Under the pieces are notes generated by a model, which did not search any database, was not told the origin of the DNA, and saw only the letters and a list, made by a program, of their open reading frames with translations. Of a stretch of DNA of 64,000 bases, positions 21,075-30,893 are shown one piece after another. The first letter of the stretch is position 1. Each line of letters starts with the position of its first letter. Position numbers and translations under genes: made by a program. This stretch comes from an uncultured Clostridia bacterium (GTDB taxonomy: Bacteria > Bacillota > Clostridia > TANB77 > CAG-508), in the NCBI GenBank assembly GCA_944390965.1, contig CALXRW010000001.1, positions 19,273 through 83,272 on the forward strand. Direction: 5' to 3'.

Positions 21075-21337
21075 TTTTTTCTGGGTTCGTCAAGACGAAC
21101 CCCTACATTTTAAGCAATTCCTTTGTAGCACGGGCGATTAAAATCGCCCCTACGTTTTAGCAAATTCTTCGAAGAACGGGTCGCCGTGGGTGGCGACACC
21201 CTACATATGTTTCTAATGAATAGTGAATAATAAATAATTAATAATTTTTTGTAGGGGTCGGTCTTGACCGACCCAAAATGTTGAACAATACCACAAATTA
21301 TTCATTCTTCACTATTCATTTTTCATTATTCATTAAT
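21075..21337. repeat. Composite REP-like / miniature-element-like cluster
   Basis: Hairpins gggttcgtcaagacgaaccc-ctaca, gggcgattaaaatcgccc-ctac and gtcgccgtgggtggcgac-accctaca. An inverted gtagg-ggtcggtcttgaccgaccc sits between the inverted repeat taatgaatagtgaataat ... attattcattcttcactattcatt. The first 100 bp are near-identical to 51086-51180. Confidence 0.7.
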
Positions 21338-21347
21338 TGCACAAAAA

Positions 21348-21396
21348 AACTACCCATTTCGAGCATAACAATAATACTCGAAATGGATAGTTCCGA
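21348..21396 (-). terminator. Intrinsic terminator of secG
   Basis: On the minus strand, ccatttcgag-N17-ctcgaaatgg is followed by tagttttttttg. Confidence 0.6.
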
Positions 21397-21423
21397 TTAT
21401 TTTTTTTCTTTATTAAATTATAT

Positions 21424-21447
21424 TGTGTGTGTGTGTGTGTGTGTGTG
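21424..21447. repeat. (TG)12 dinucleotide microsatellite
   Basis: tgtgtgtgtgtgtgtgtgtgtgtg lies in the secG 3' region. Confidence 0.95.
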
Positions 21448-21570
21448 TTACTCTCCCAACGTTTTCCGCTTCTGTTCATTCTCTTCTCCCTTTTATTATT
21501 TTTCTGGATCGTTTCAAATTCCTTATATTGAAATATTCTTCATTTTAATTTTTGTGTTCAAATTATCCTT

Positions 21571-21816
21571 CTATATTCCATATAAGATTCCTAGGGCAAT
21601 ACATAATAGAACAAAAATAATTCCTAGTATAATTGTCCATTTCTTTAATTTTCCCTCTTTGGTTTTTCCTTTATTTTTTTCATAAAAGTTTCCTGCACCA
21701 CCTGTAATTGTACTTGATGCTCCTGCATCATCTTTAGATTGCATCATTGTTAATACAATTAAAATTAGTGAAACAATTATAAATACCACAATTAATACGA
21801 TTCTTACAATATCCAT
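21571..21816 (-). CDS. secG: Preprotein translocase subunit SecG
   Basis: MDIVRIVLIVVFIIVSLILIVLTMMQSKDDAGASSTITGGAG. GGGAGG lies upstream of the ATG at 21814-21816. Confidence 0.8.
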   Translation of the reverse strand: MDIVRIVLIVVFIIVSLILIVLTMMQSKDDAGASSTITGGAGNFYEKNKGKTKEGKLKKWTIILGIIFVLLCIALGILYGI

Positions 21817-21932
21817 ATATGCCTCCCGAAGTTTTATAAATATAACGATATATATCATAACATAGATGAGGAAAAAATGCAAATAAATTCTAAGATATTG
21901 TCAAATCTTTTTATTTAGTCTATAATAGATTT

Positions 21933-22772
21933 ATGAAAAAATTAATTGTTGAAGAAAAGTATAATCAGAAACTTTTAAGTGAATATATGTTTAGCGCTTT
22001 TCCTAATCTTTCTAGAAATTCTTTTTTTAAAGCCTTACGAAAAAAAGATTTTGTTGTAAATGGGAAAAGGATAAAAGAAGATATAACTTTATTTGAGAAA
22101 GACGAGGTCATTTGTTACATACCTGATTCTCTTTTATTTCCTTCTTGTTTTATAAAAGTTTATGAAGACGAGAATATCTTGGTTGTAGATAAGAATAGTG
22201 GTATTGAAGTAACTGGGGAAAATAGTTTGACTACTTTATTAGAAGAAAAATATCCTATTATTTTCCCTTGTCACAGATTGGATCGAAATACAGAAGGGCT
22301 TGTTGTATTTGCTAAAAATGAAGAATCTCACAAAATATTATTAGAAAAATTTAAGAATAGAGAAATTAAAAAATATTATTTAGCAAAAGTAGTTGGCATT
22401 CCGGCTCCTTCTTCTGCTACTTTACATGCTTTTTTATTTAAAGATCAAAAAAAGAGTCTCGTTTATATTTCAGATATACCAAAAAAAGGATATCTACCTA
22501 TTACTACAAAATATAAAATCTTGGAAAAATTTAAAGATTCTTCTTTATTAGAAGTGGAATTAATTACAGGTAGAACACATCAAATTCGTGCACATTTAGC
22601 ACATATTGGTCATCCCATTATTGGTGATGGAAAATATGGAGATTATGAAATGAATAAAAGATTTGGGAAAAAAACACAAGAATTAAAAGCCTATAAAGTA
22701 AAATTTAGTTTTGAACAAGATAGTGGAATATTGTCTTATTTAAATGAATTGATAATAGAAGTCAGAAAGTGA
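21933..22772 (+). CDS. RluA-family pseudouridine synthase
   Basis: HRLDRNTEGLVVFAKN catalytic Asp motif and GRTHQIRAHLAHIGHPIIGD. Confidence 0.8.
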   Translation: MKKLIVEEKYNQKLLSEYMFSAFPNLSRNSFFKALRKKDFVVNGKRIKEDITLFEKDEVICYIPDSLLFPSCFIKVYEDENILVVDKNSGIEVTGENSLTTLLEEKYPIIFPCHRLDRNTEGLVVFAKNEESHKILLEKFKNREIKKYYLAKVVGIPAPSSATLHAFLFKDQKKSLVYISDIPKKGYLPITTKYKILEKFKDSSLLEVELITGRTHQIRAHLAHIGHPIIGDGKYGDYEMNKRFGKKTQELKAYKVKFSFEQDSGILSYLNELIIEVRK

Positions 22773-22782
22773 AAATTTAAAT

Positions 22783-22972
22783 AATTCTACAGCAATGACA
22801 TTAAGTTAATTGAATGATTTTCTCTGTTTCAATTTCAATCATATATACCTATATTTTAAAGCAAAAGCTCGAACAGCCTGCTGCTTACGGATTACTCCTT
22901 GAACCTTGAGAGTTTTGCGACTAAAATATAGGTATATATGGTTGATTTTCTGTTTTCCTAACTTAATGTCAT
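22783..22972. repeat. Conserved 57-nt core element copy B inside a nested palindrome
   Basis: Inner inverted repeat caatcatatatacctatatttta / taaaatataggtatatatggttg, and outer inverted repeat acagcaatgacattaagtt / aacttaatgtcattgctg. The direct repeats gattttctctgtttc and gattttctgttttcc lie just outside the inner arms. The core differs from copy A at about 6 positions. Confidence 0.6.
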
Positions 22973-23004
22973 TGCTGATTCCTCTGTCTGTTAGCAGTAA
23001 TATT

Positions 23005-24810
23005 CTATTCAAAAAACCTTTGGAATTCTTCTGCTGATATGATTTCTTTTTCAAGTAAGGTATTTGCCACTGCATCTAGTTTATCCATATGTTGAGAAAG
23101 GATTTGTTGTGCTTGATAATATGCTGTGTCAATTAATTTCTTTACTTCTTCTCCTATACTATCTCCTATATGGTCTCCAAATGGTTGCATTTCATATGGC
23201 TCATCTGTTTTTAAAGAAATTGGTCCTATCTTATCACTCATTCCATATACAGTTACCATATCTCTTGCAATTTGTGTAGCAACTTCAATATCATTGCTTG
23301 CTCCTGTAGAAATATCATCTAATGCTAATTTTTCTGCAGCTCTTCCTCCTAATAAAGCAATTAATTTTTCTTCCATTTCTGTTTTAGATATATAATATTT
23401 ATCTTCATTGGTTTTATACATAGTATAACCACCAGCAACGCCTCTTGGAATAATAGATACTTCTTTTACATCTTGTTGTGTAGGCAAGAATTTGCTTACA
23501 ATCGCATGTCCTGCCTCGTGATATGCTGTTAATTTTTTATCTTTTTCTGATATAACTCTACTATGTTTTTCTAATCCTACTGTAACTTTTTTTACTGCTT
23601 CTTCTATATTCTCTCTGCTAATTTTCTTCTTATGACTTCTTGCAGCAATAATAGCAGCTTCATTTAATACATTTGCAAGCTCTGCTCCTGTAAATCCTGC
23701 TGTATCTCCTGCAATTTCTTTTAAGTCAATGTCTTTTTCAAATTTTTTGTTTTGACTATGGATTTTTAGAATTTCTTCTCTTCCATGTAAATCTGGAGCA
23801 GCAATTGTAATTCTCCTATCGAATCTTCCTGGTCTTAAAAGTGCTTTATCTAGCATTTCTGGTCTATTGGTTGCTGCCAATACAATAACTGTTTCATCTG
23901 TTTCAAAACCATCCATTTCCACTAATAGTTGATTTAATGTTTGGTTATTTTCACTTTCTCCACCAGAGCCACTTGTCCTTCTAGAACCTATGGCATCAAT
24001 CTCATCTATAAATACAATGCATGGTGATATTTTTTTTGCCTTTTCAAATAATTTTCTAACACGTGATGCCCCTAATCCTGCAAACATTTCAATAAATTCA
24101 GAACCACTCATAGTAATAAATGGAACTCCTGCTTCTCCTGCAATAGCTTTAGCAATTAATGTCTTACCTGTTCCAGGTTTTCCACATAATAAAATTCCTT
24201 TTGGAATTTTTGCTCCAATTTCATGAAACTTTTCTGGTGATTTTAAGAAATCTACAATTTCAATTAATTCGTTCTTTTCCTCATCTAATCCTGCTACATC
24301 TTTAAAAGTAACTCCAGTATCATTGTCTTCTTCTCCTCCGTATATTTTGCCTTTATCTCCTAATCCTTGCATTTTAAAAATTAATATAAATAAAGCTACA
24401 ATTAAAAGTGTTGGCAATACAGAAAAGAAAGTACTTCCCACTGTAAGTAATGGATTTTGCTTGTTTTGTTTTAATTCAAATTGATTATTATTTTTTACTT
24501 CTTCTTGAATTAACTCAATAAATGCTTGCGTATTTGGTACACTAGCATTTTTTTCTTCTTCTATATCTCTTAGTTTTACTTTAATTGATGTAGAACCTAC
24601 TGTCATCTCAATTTTTTCAACTTCGCCATTACTAATTTTTTGAATTAAATCTGTATAGGCAATTTCGTCTTCATTTTCTTCTGTTTGTTTATTATTTTGC
24701 CATATATATACCCCAATAATTGCTCCCACAATAACAAGAAACACAATAGTAAAAATAATAGAATATAACTTTCCTCTTTTCTTGTCTTTGTCTTTTCTTT
24801 TTTCTTTCAT
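23005..24810 (-). CDS. ftsH: ATP-dependent zinc metalloprotease FtsH
   Basis: AAA Walker A GKPGTGKT, second-region-of-homology motif and HEAGHA zinc site. The length is 601 aa. Confidence 0.9.
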   Translation of the reverse strand: MKEKRKDKDKKRGKLYSIIFTIVFLVIVGAIIGVYIWQNNKQTEENEDEIAYTDLIQKISNGEVEKIEMTVGSTSIKVKLRDIEEEKNASVPNTQAFIELIQEEVKNNNQFELKQNKQNPLLTVGSTFFSVLPTLLIVALFILIFKMQGLGDKGKIYGGEEDNDTGVTFKDVAGLDEEKNELIEIVDFLKSPEKFHEIGAKIPKGILLCGKPGTGKTLIAKAIAGEAGVPFITMSGSEFIEMFAGLGASRVRKLFEKAKKISPCIVFIDEIDAIGSRRTSGSGGESENNQTLNQLLVEMDGFETDETVIVLAATNRPEMLDKALLRPGRFDRRITIAAPDLHGREEILKIHSQNKKFEKDIDLKEIAGDTAGFTGAELANVLNEAAIIAARSHKKKISRENIEEAVKKVTVGLEKHSRVISEKDKKLTAYHEAGHAIVSKFLPTQQDVKEVSIIPRGVAGGYTMYKTNEDKYYISKTEMEEKLIALLGGRAAEKLALDDISTGASNDIEVATQIARDMVTVYGMSDKIGPISLKTDEPYEMQPFGDHIGDSIGEEVKKLIDTAYYQAQQILSQHMDKLDAVANTLLEKEIISAEEFQRFFE

Positions 24811-24846
24811 AACATTTTCTCATCCTTTCATATTGCTTTAAGCAAT

Positions 24847-24885
24847 TTCTTTGAAGAACGGGCGATTAAAATCGCCCCTACATTT
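24847..24885. repeat. REP-like unit
   Basis: ctttgaagaacgggcgattaaaatcgcccctacatttttt. Confidence 0.7.
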
Positions 24886-24925
24886 TTTCATAACTTATTT
24901 TATACTATTTTTCACATGTTGTGTT

Positions 24926-25966
24926 TTACGCCTTTGATCCCTCTGGCGAATCTCCCTTTTCTTCTTTTTTCTCTTTTTCCTTTTGTTTCTCTTTTTCTTC
25001 CTCTTGTTTTCTCTTCTCTTCTTCCTCTCTTTGTTTCTCAAGTTCTTGTTTTACTTTTTCCTGTTCTTGCACAAGAGCACTTACTTCCATATTTCTTTTT
25101 ATAATATCTGATTTTATTAGAAGTATTGCTGTTATCATATAAATATATGAAATAGCATTATACATTACACCAAAGTATTTTATTTCTATTCCAAATAGGA
25201 CATTAACAAATATATATAAAGCATTTAATAAAATTGGTAATGTTAAAGCATAAACTGCTATATTCCATGTAGGAGCAAATCGTAGTGGAATGCGAAGAAT
25301 TCTAGATACGATAAATCCTAGTATCGCTAATAGAATAACATCTAATAATGCTAGTATCGCATACATAATAAAAAGATACACTACAGTTCCTAAGTAGAAA
25401 ACTAAAGACATATAAATAATATTTTGTGTTGTTGCATTTGCCAATAAAGTTTCTTTTGTCATGTCACCAGTTCCTAATGCTTCATAAGAATACCAACTTT
25501 CTGTTTGTCCTTGTTCTTCAAAAGGCATTTTCAACATAATTTGATCTTCTGTTAATAGTATTCCTGATGTATAAGATTTTACTTTTTCTATTTGTTCATT
25601 TTTTTCTTCTTCACTTCTTTCTCTTGTATCAATTAATATGATATTAAATGGTGAATTTTCATTTTCAATTATAATCGGTTCTTCTTGTTCTACAGATAAT
25701 TTTCCATCTTTTAATTCAAAATTGGCTAGATTATTTCTTATATAATCTGCTCCATCATTCATCCATAAATAAAATCGAATTGCCATAGCAATGCTAATGA
25801 TAAGAGAAAATACTATCATTAATTTTAGAAAATATTTTATACTAGTTCCTGTCTTTTCTATCGCATATTCTTTATATTCGTCAAAGTCTTTTATAGACCT
25901 AAACATTCTTTTAAAAAAGCCAACTTTTCGTTCTTCCATATTTGCTATCATTCCTTTCATTAGCAT
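24926..25966 (-). CDS. Membrane protein of unknown function with a Lys/Glu-rich C-terminal tail
   Basis: Several TM segments. The C-terminus is KQELEKQREEEEKRKQEEEKEKQKEKEKKEEK. Confidence 0.4.
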   Translation of the reverse strand: MLMKGMIANMEERKVGFFKRMFRSIKDFDEYKEYAIEKTGTSIKYFLKLMIVFSLIISIAMAIRFYLWMNDGADYIRNNLANFELKDGKLSVEQEEPIIIENENSPFNIILIDTRERSEEEKNEQIEKVKSYTSGILLTEDQIMLKMPFEEQGQTESWYSYEALGTGDMTKETLLANATTQNIIYMSLVFYLGTVVYLFIMYAILALLDVILLAILGFIVSRILRIPLRFAPTWNIAVYALTLPILLNALYIFVNVLFGIEIKYFGVMYNAISYIYMITAILLIKSDIIKRNMEVSALVQEQEKVKQELEKQREEEEKRKQEEEKEKQKEKEKKEEKGDSPEGSKA

Positions 25967-27078
25967 TATTGGTATTGTCTTTTAATCCTGTTATCAATAT
26001 AAACTGTTCTTACTTCTAACTCGACTTCTTGTCCCACTTTTAAATTTTCATTTCCTGTAATATCAATTACGGTATGGTACATACCAATTTGTCCTAATAC
26101 AGAATACATCTTTCCATTCATTTCTACCTTCGTATTTTGATTTTTAATAACATTTTTTATTCCTGCTTTTATTTTTGAAATCATTTTAAATTTTTGTTCT
26201 GTTCCATCAATACCAAATCCATCACTATGCCCAATTGGTAAAACTGCAATTTTCGTTTCTTTTTTTGTTTGATAAGTATTTCCATATCCTATATTATACC
26301 CTTTAGGAAGTATTTTTATTTCTGCAATGTTTGTTTTTAATGTTCCTATTTTTTTAAATCCAAAATTTCCTCCAATTGTTCTCCCTGTAAAAGCAGACCC
26401 AATTCTTACTGCATTTAAATCCATAGTTGGATATCTTAAAAAAGCAGAAGAATTTGATATATGCAACATACCATAAGAAATTTCGTTTAATTTTAATACT
26501 TCTACAACAGACAAAAATCGATTAAACTGTTCTTCTGTCCATTTTTTATTTTTACTAAAACTTTCAGAAAAATGTGAAAACATTCCATGTATTTCTAAGT
26601 GTGGACACTCTTTTAATGTTTTTAATATTTCTTCCGGTTTGTTATATAAAAATCCATACCTTCCAAAACCTGTATCAATTTTTAAGTGTACTTTTGGTTG
26701 TATTTTCTTCTTTTCTACTACTTTTTCTAACATCGTAGCAGATTCTTTTGAACCGATTGTAAGAATAATATTATTTTCTAATAACATTTCAATTTCTGTT
26801 TCTATACAAACTGGAGATAATAGTAAAATTTCTTTTTCAATTCCAGCTTTTCTTAGTTCAATTGCTTCTTCTGGGCTTGCTACTGCAAAAAAGTCAATGC
26901 CATGCTGTATTAAAGTTTGAGTAAATTCAATCAAACCTAATCCATAGGCATTTCCTTTTACTACTGCTATTATTTTTACCATATTTCCATTGTCATCTGG
27001 TCCATTTCTACGAGCCATTTGTTTTATTTTTTCGATATTATATGACAAATCTTTTTTTGAAATAAGTAATGTTTTCAT
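25966..27078 (-). CDS. alr: Alanine racemase
   Basis: AVVKGNAYGLG PLP-lysine motif. The length is 370 aa. Confidence 0.85.
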   Translation of the reverse strand: MKTLLISKKDLSYNIEKIKQMARRNGPDDNGNMVKIIAVVKGNAYGLGLIEFTQTLIQHGIDFFAVASPEEAIELRKAGIEKEILLLSPVCIETEIEMLLENNIILTIGSKESATMLEKVVEKKKIQPKVHLKIDTGFGRYGFLYNKPEEILKTLKECPHLEIHGMFSHFSESFSKNKKWTEEQFNRFLSVVEVLKLNEISYGMLHISNSSAFLRYPTMDLNAVRIGSAFTGRTIGGNFGFKKIGTLKTNIAEIKILPKGYNIGYGNTYQTKKETKIAVLPIGHSDGFGIDGTEQKFKMISKIKAGIKNVIKNQNTKVEMNGKMYSVLGQIGMYHTVIDITGNENLKVGQEVELEVRTVYIDNRIKRQYQ

Positions 27079-27092
27079 TTATATTTTCCTTT

Positions 27093-28130
27093 TTATCTAA
27101 CAATTATTTTTTTGTACAATTTTTCTGCAATTTTGTATAACCAATAAACAGCTGGTTTAAAAGGAATATAGAGTTCTCCAATAAATTCTGTAAATTCTGC
27201 TCCAAACCCTTTTTTAAAGCGATACAATCCATATTGTGGATGGCTTTCATCTACCACTCCAGACACTCCTCTAAAATCATAGATATCTTTTTTATCCTTT
27301 ATTGCTCTTTGAATTCCATTCCATTGTAATAAATAATTTGGCATAATATTTCGGTATTGATTACTACTTGCACCATATAAATACCATGTTTTATTTCCAT
27401 ACATAATAAGAATAATACCTGCAATTGGTGTATTTTCGTGATATGCCATCAATAATTGCATATGTTCTGGTGCTAAACAGTCATACATTTTTTCAAAATA
27501 GGCTAAAGGTCTAATAATAAATTTATCTCTTTCTCCCGTTTCTACCATAATCTTGTGAAAATCTTTTAAATCCTCTTTTGTTCCCTCTTTAATTATAACA
27601 CCTTTTTTTTGTGCTAAACGAAGATTATATCTCGTTTTTTGATGAAAATTCTTTAAAATGTCTTCTTCTGTTTTTCCTTTAATATCTAGCCTAAAAACAT
27701 AGCGTGGTTGAATTTCTTCATTAAAGTTTTTAGCATCATCTTTTATTTTATATCCAAGTTTCTCAACAATTTTTCTAAATGTTTTGTCATCACTTTTGAT
27801 ATCTGGCTCTATTTTGATAACAAATGCTTTATATTTCTTAGCTATTTGTTTAATACCTTGCGTTAATTCTTCTAATACTTTTTCATCATGTATATCACAT
27901 ACTGGTCCTCTTGGAGAATAGAGTAGGTTCCCAAAAATTGGGATTTTTCTAATCAAAATGCTAAGAGAAGCTATAATTTCTTCTTTTTCGTTTTCTACTA
28001 ATACAATTTCATTTTTCCAATTTTCTTTTACCTTTGCCCACAAAGTAGATTGTTGGAAATTACATCTTACATGCTTTTTTAAAAAATCTTCATATTTTGC
28101 TTGATTATTTTCATTGACAAATGTAATCAT
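27093..28130 (-). CDS. FemAB-family peptidoglycan interpeptide-bridge aminoacyltransferase
   Basis: FemAB-like length (345 aa) and motifs (FLQSTLWAKVK ... GYLYGASS), adjacent to alr and a PBP. Confidence 0.7.
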   Translation of the reverse strand: MITFVNENNQAKYEDFLKKHVRCNFQQSTLWAKVKENWKNEIVLVENEKEEIIASLSILIRKIPIFGNLLYSPRGPVCDIHDEKVLEELTQGIKQIAKKYKAFVIKIEPDIKSDDKTFRKIVEKLGYKIKDDAKNFNEEIQPRYVFRLDIKGKTEEDILKNFHQKTRYNLRLAQKKGVIIKEGTKEDLKDFHKIMVETGERDKFIIRPLAYFEKMYDCLAPEHMQLLMAYHENTPIAGIILIMYGNKTWYLYGASSNQYRNIMPNYLLQWNGIQRAIKDKKDIYDFRGVSGVVDESHPQYGLYRFKKGFGAEFTEFIGELYIPFKPAVYWLYKIAEKLYKKIIVR

Positions 28131-28164
28131 TTTTTTCCTTCCTTTGAATTCATTTTTAAGTATT

Positions 28165-28200
28165 TCTCCAAAGAGCGGGCGATGAAAATCGCCCTATCAT
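28165..28200. repeat. REP-like unit (degenerate)
   Basis: ctccaaagagcgggcgatgaaaatcgccctatcat. Confidence 0.55.
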
Positions 28201-28205
28201 TTCCA

Positions 28206-30746
28206 TTATACTGTATTGTCTATATTTGTGTTAGTATTATCAATTGGAGTATTTCCTGTTGTATTTCCAGTATTTTTGTTCTCGTCATCTTCATCATCTT
28301 CATCGCCATCGTTACCATCTCCTGAGCCATTAATAATATTGTTAATAATATCATTAATTGGATCTTTTTCTTCTGGTGGTTTTTCTTCTGGTTTTGTATG
28401 GACATCGCAAATTTCTGTTGGTAACATATACTCTGCATCTGCTGCCTCATGCCATGCTGTATCAATATCAGAATTTACTCTTGTGATAAATACTTTTTCT
28501 GTAAAATTGTTGCAAAATTCAGTTGCTACTTTATTAGTATCATTACAGATTTTTACCTTTACATGACAGTCACACATTTTAGATGGACTTGTTCCTGCAA
28601 CATATACTTCTGTATAAGTTCTATCTCCTCTAGGGTCTTCTCTACAAGTGTCTGTTGCTAATAATCCAGAATCTTTACAAATAGTTGCATAAGTAATTCC
28701 TGATGGTTTTTCAAATCTCTTTCCTTCCAAATTGCTGTGTACTTGTGTCATAACAGAATCCCATATACTTCCTGCAGGATTTGAACCACTATATCTAACT
28801 CTTTCTTTTTGATTATCATATCCAAACCAACATGTTGCAGTATAGTATGGTGTAAATCCGCAAAGCCATCTATCTGAGCTATTATCCGTTGTTCCCGTTT
28901 TAGCAGCAACATCCATTCCAGAAATACCACAATAAGAAGCTGTTCCTGCAGAACCAACAACCGGTTGCATTACTAAAGTTTTTGTTACATAGCTTGCTGC
29001 TTCTGACATAACTCTTCTAGTTTCTTGTTCTGGTTCTAATACTACATTTCCTTCTTCATCTGTTACTTTTGTATAGAATGTTGGCGTAATATATACACCA
29101 TCATTTGCAATTGTTCCATAAGCACCTGCCATTTCTAATGCAGAAATTCCATATGCTGCTCCTCCTAGTGCCAAGGCTAGACCTTCTTCGTCATCAGATA
29201 AAGTCGTTACTCCCATTTGTCGTAAAAATTCAATAGAATTTTCTAATCCAATATCTGCCATCATTTTTACAAATACCACATTTTGTGAAATTTCAATAGC
29301 TGATCTTAGTGTAGATAATCCTTTAAATCCATTATAGTAATTAGCTGGTCCCCAATTTCCCCAGTAAGTTCTTACATCATCATATACACTTCCTGCTGTA
29401 ATAACCCCTTTTTCTATTCCAGGTGCCACAACAGCAATTGGTTTTATAGAAGAACCTGGTTGTCTTGGTAATTGTGTTGCTCTATTTAACCCGAAAGCAT
29501 CTGTTTTTTCTCCTGTACCACCAACACAGCCAACTACATAACCTGTTTTATGGTCTAGAATTACCATAGCTGTTTGAGAATTCTCATATTCTCCTGTTTC
29601 TTCATCTTTAATTCTTCCTTCAATAATATATTTATCTTTCTTTACTTCTTCTTCTAGAATGTCCTGAATTCCAGTATCTTGTGTTGTATAGATTTTGTAA
29701 TTTCCACCATACAATTCTAATTTAGCCATTTCTCTACTCCACTCAGGATTTTCATCCATTAATTGTTGTAAAATTTGTTCAATAGCTGCATCTGTATGGT
29801 AAGAAAATACAACAGATGATATATTTCCTTCTGAGAAAGGTAATCCTTCATTTACTTTATTTACTGCTGTATCATATTCTTCCTGTGATCCAATTTTCCC
29901 TAATTCTTGCATTTTATCTAAAACTGTTATAGTTCTATTTTTTATTCTTTCATTATCTTCTTCGTCTGTTTCACTGGTACTTTTATGAAATGGGTCATAC
30001 CAGTTTGGAGAATGGTTAATTCCAGCTAAAAATGCACATTCCTCCAATGTCAATTCTTTTGCTGTTTTATTAAAGTAATAATTAGCAGCAACTTCTACTC
30101 CAAATGCTTGGTCTCCCATAAATATAGTATTTAAATACAATTCTAAAACTTGGTCTTTTGAAATTAGCCTTTCTACTTCTAATGCTCTAGATATTTCTTT
30201 TACTTTTCTTTGCCAAGCTTGTTCATCTTCTTTTGTTAAATTTTTTACTAATTGTTGTGTAATAGTACTTCCACCATATGTAGAGTTTCCAAATAAATAT
30301 TGAAGAGTTGCTCCAATCGTTCTTTTCCAGTCTACTCCATGATGACTATAAAATCTCTCATCTTCTATAGAAACAAAAGCCACTGGTAAATATGGTGCCA
30401 TATCATCTAGTGTAATAATTTTTCTATTTTCTAAGCCGCTTAAATTCGTAAGCAGATTTCCATTTATATCATAAACTTCTGAATTTGAAGTTGTAATTAA
30501 TAATTGTTCTTTTGAAATTTTAAATTCGTCTCCAAAGGCACCAAAAATAAAGCCTGCTAAAATTCCTCCACCAATTAAAATTACCAAAAATGCCAATATA
30601 AAAATAATTTTAATTGCAAGCCTTAATTTAGGATGTTTCTTCTTTTTCTTTTCTTTTTTCTCTTTCTTGTTGTTAGTAGTATTTGTTTTATATACCTTTG
30701 TTTTATCATTTGTTTTCGTAGTTTTCTTTTTACTTTTTCCAGCCAT
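28206..30746 (-). CDS. Class A penicillin-binding protein (transglycosylase plus transpeptidase)
   Basis: GT51 motifs (EDERFYSHHGVD, RGGSTITQQL) and transpeptidase motifs (SSIKP, KTGTT). There is an N-terminal TM segment and a low-complexity D/N/T-rich C-terminal tail. Confidence 0.85.
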   Translation of the reverse strand: MAGKSKKKTTKTNDKTKVYKTNTTNNKKEKKEKKKKKHPKLRLAIKIIFILAFLVILIGGGILAGFIFGAFGDEFKISKEQLLITTSNSEVYDINGNLLTNLSGLENRKIITLDDMAPYLPVAFVSIEDERFYSHHGVDWKRTIGATLQYLFGNSTYGGSTITQQLVKNLTKEDEQAWQRKVKEISRALEVERLISKDQVLELYLNTIFMGDQAFGVEVAANYYFNKTAKELTLEECAFLAGINHSPNWYDPFHKSTSETDEEDNERIKNRTITVLDKMQELGKIGSQEEYDTAVNKVNEGLPFSEGNISSVVFSYHTDAAIEQILQQLMDENPEWSREMAKLELYGGNYKIYTTQDTGIQDILEEEVKKDKYIIEGRIKDEETGEYENSQTAMVILDHKTGYVVGCVGGTGEKTDAFGLNRATQLPRQPGSSIKPIAVVAPGIEKGVITAGSVYDDVRTYWGNWGPANYYNGFKGLSTLRSAIEISQNVVFVKMMADIGLENSIEFLRQMGVTTLSDDEEGLALALGGAAYGISALEMAGAYGTIANDGVYITPTFYTKVTDEEGNVVLEPEQETRRVMSEAASYVTKTLVMQPVVGSAGTASYCGISGMDVAAKTGTTDNSSDRWLCGFTPYYTATCWFGYDNQKERVRYSGSNPAGSIWDSVMTQVHSNLEGKRFEKPSGITYATICKDSGLLATDTCREDPRGDRTYTEVYVAGTSPSKMCDCHVKVKICNDTNKVATEFCNNFTEKVFITRVNSDIDTAWHEAADAEYMLPTEICDVHTKPEEKPPEEKDPINDIINNIINGSGDGNDGDEDDEDDENKNTGNTTGNTPIDNTNTNIDNTV

Positions 30747-30893
30747 ATATTACCTCCTTGGCTAAAATATCTTCCACCTTTAGTATAATTAATATTTTTT
30801 ATCATTCTCATTTTTGTTTAAAAATGAGAATCCTCACAATTTTACATATTATATAATAGTTTTTTTGAAATGAAAAGCATTTTAAGAAAATTT

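Noticed and set aside
20930-21160. Plus-strand ORFs at 20930-21160 and 50852-51184 ending ...FVARAIKIAPTF and ...SFEARAIKIAPT
   Set aside because: They translate the REP hairpin gggcgattaaaatcgcccctaca and overlap the real minus-strand genes. They are artefacts of reading through repeats.
21075-21337. CRISPR array, because gggcgattaaaatcgccc-ctaca-type units recur
   Set aside because: The units are dispersed across the window. They are not regularly spaced with unique spacers. No cas genes are present. The hairpin-plus-CTAC architecture fits REP-like elements.
22839-23075. Minus-strand ORFs at 22839-23075 and 54186-54398, which share the peptide TLK(V/A)QGVIR...AV(R/Q)AF
   Set aside because: The shared segment is the 57-nt repeat core. 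Copy A has no start codon in that frame. The substitutions between copies change amino acids freely. This is nucleotide-level conservation, not a small protein family.
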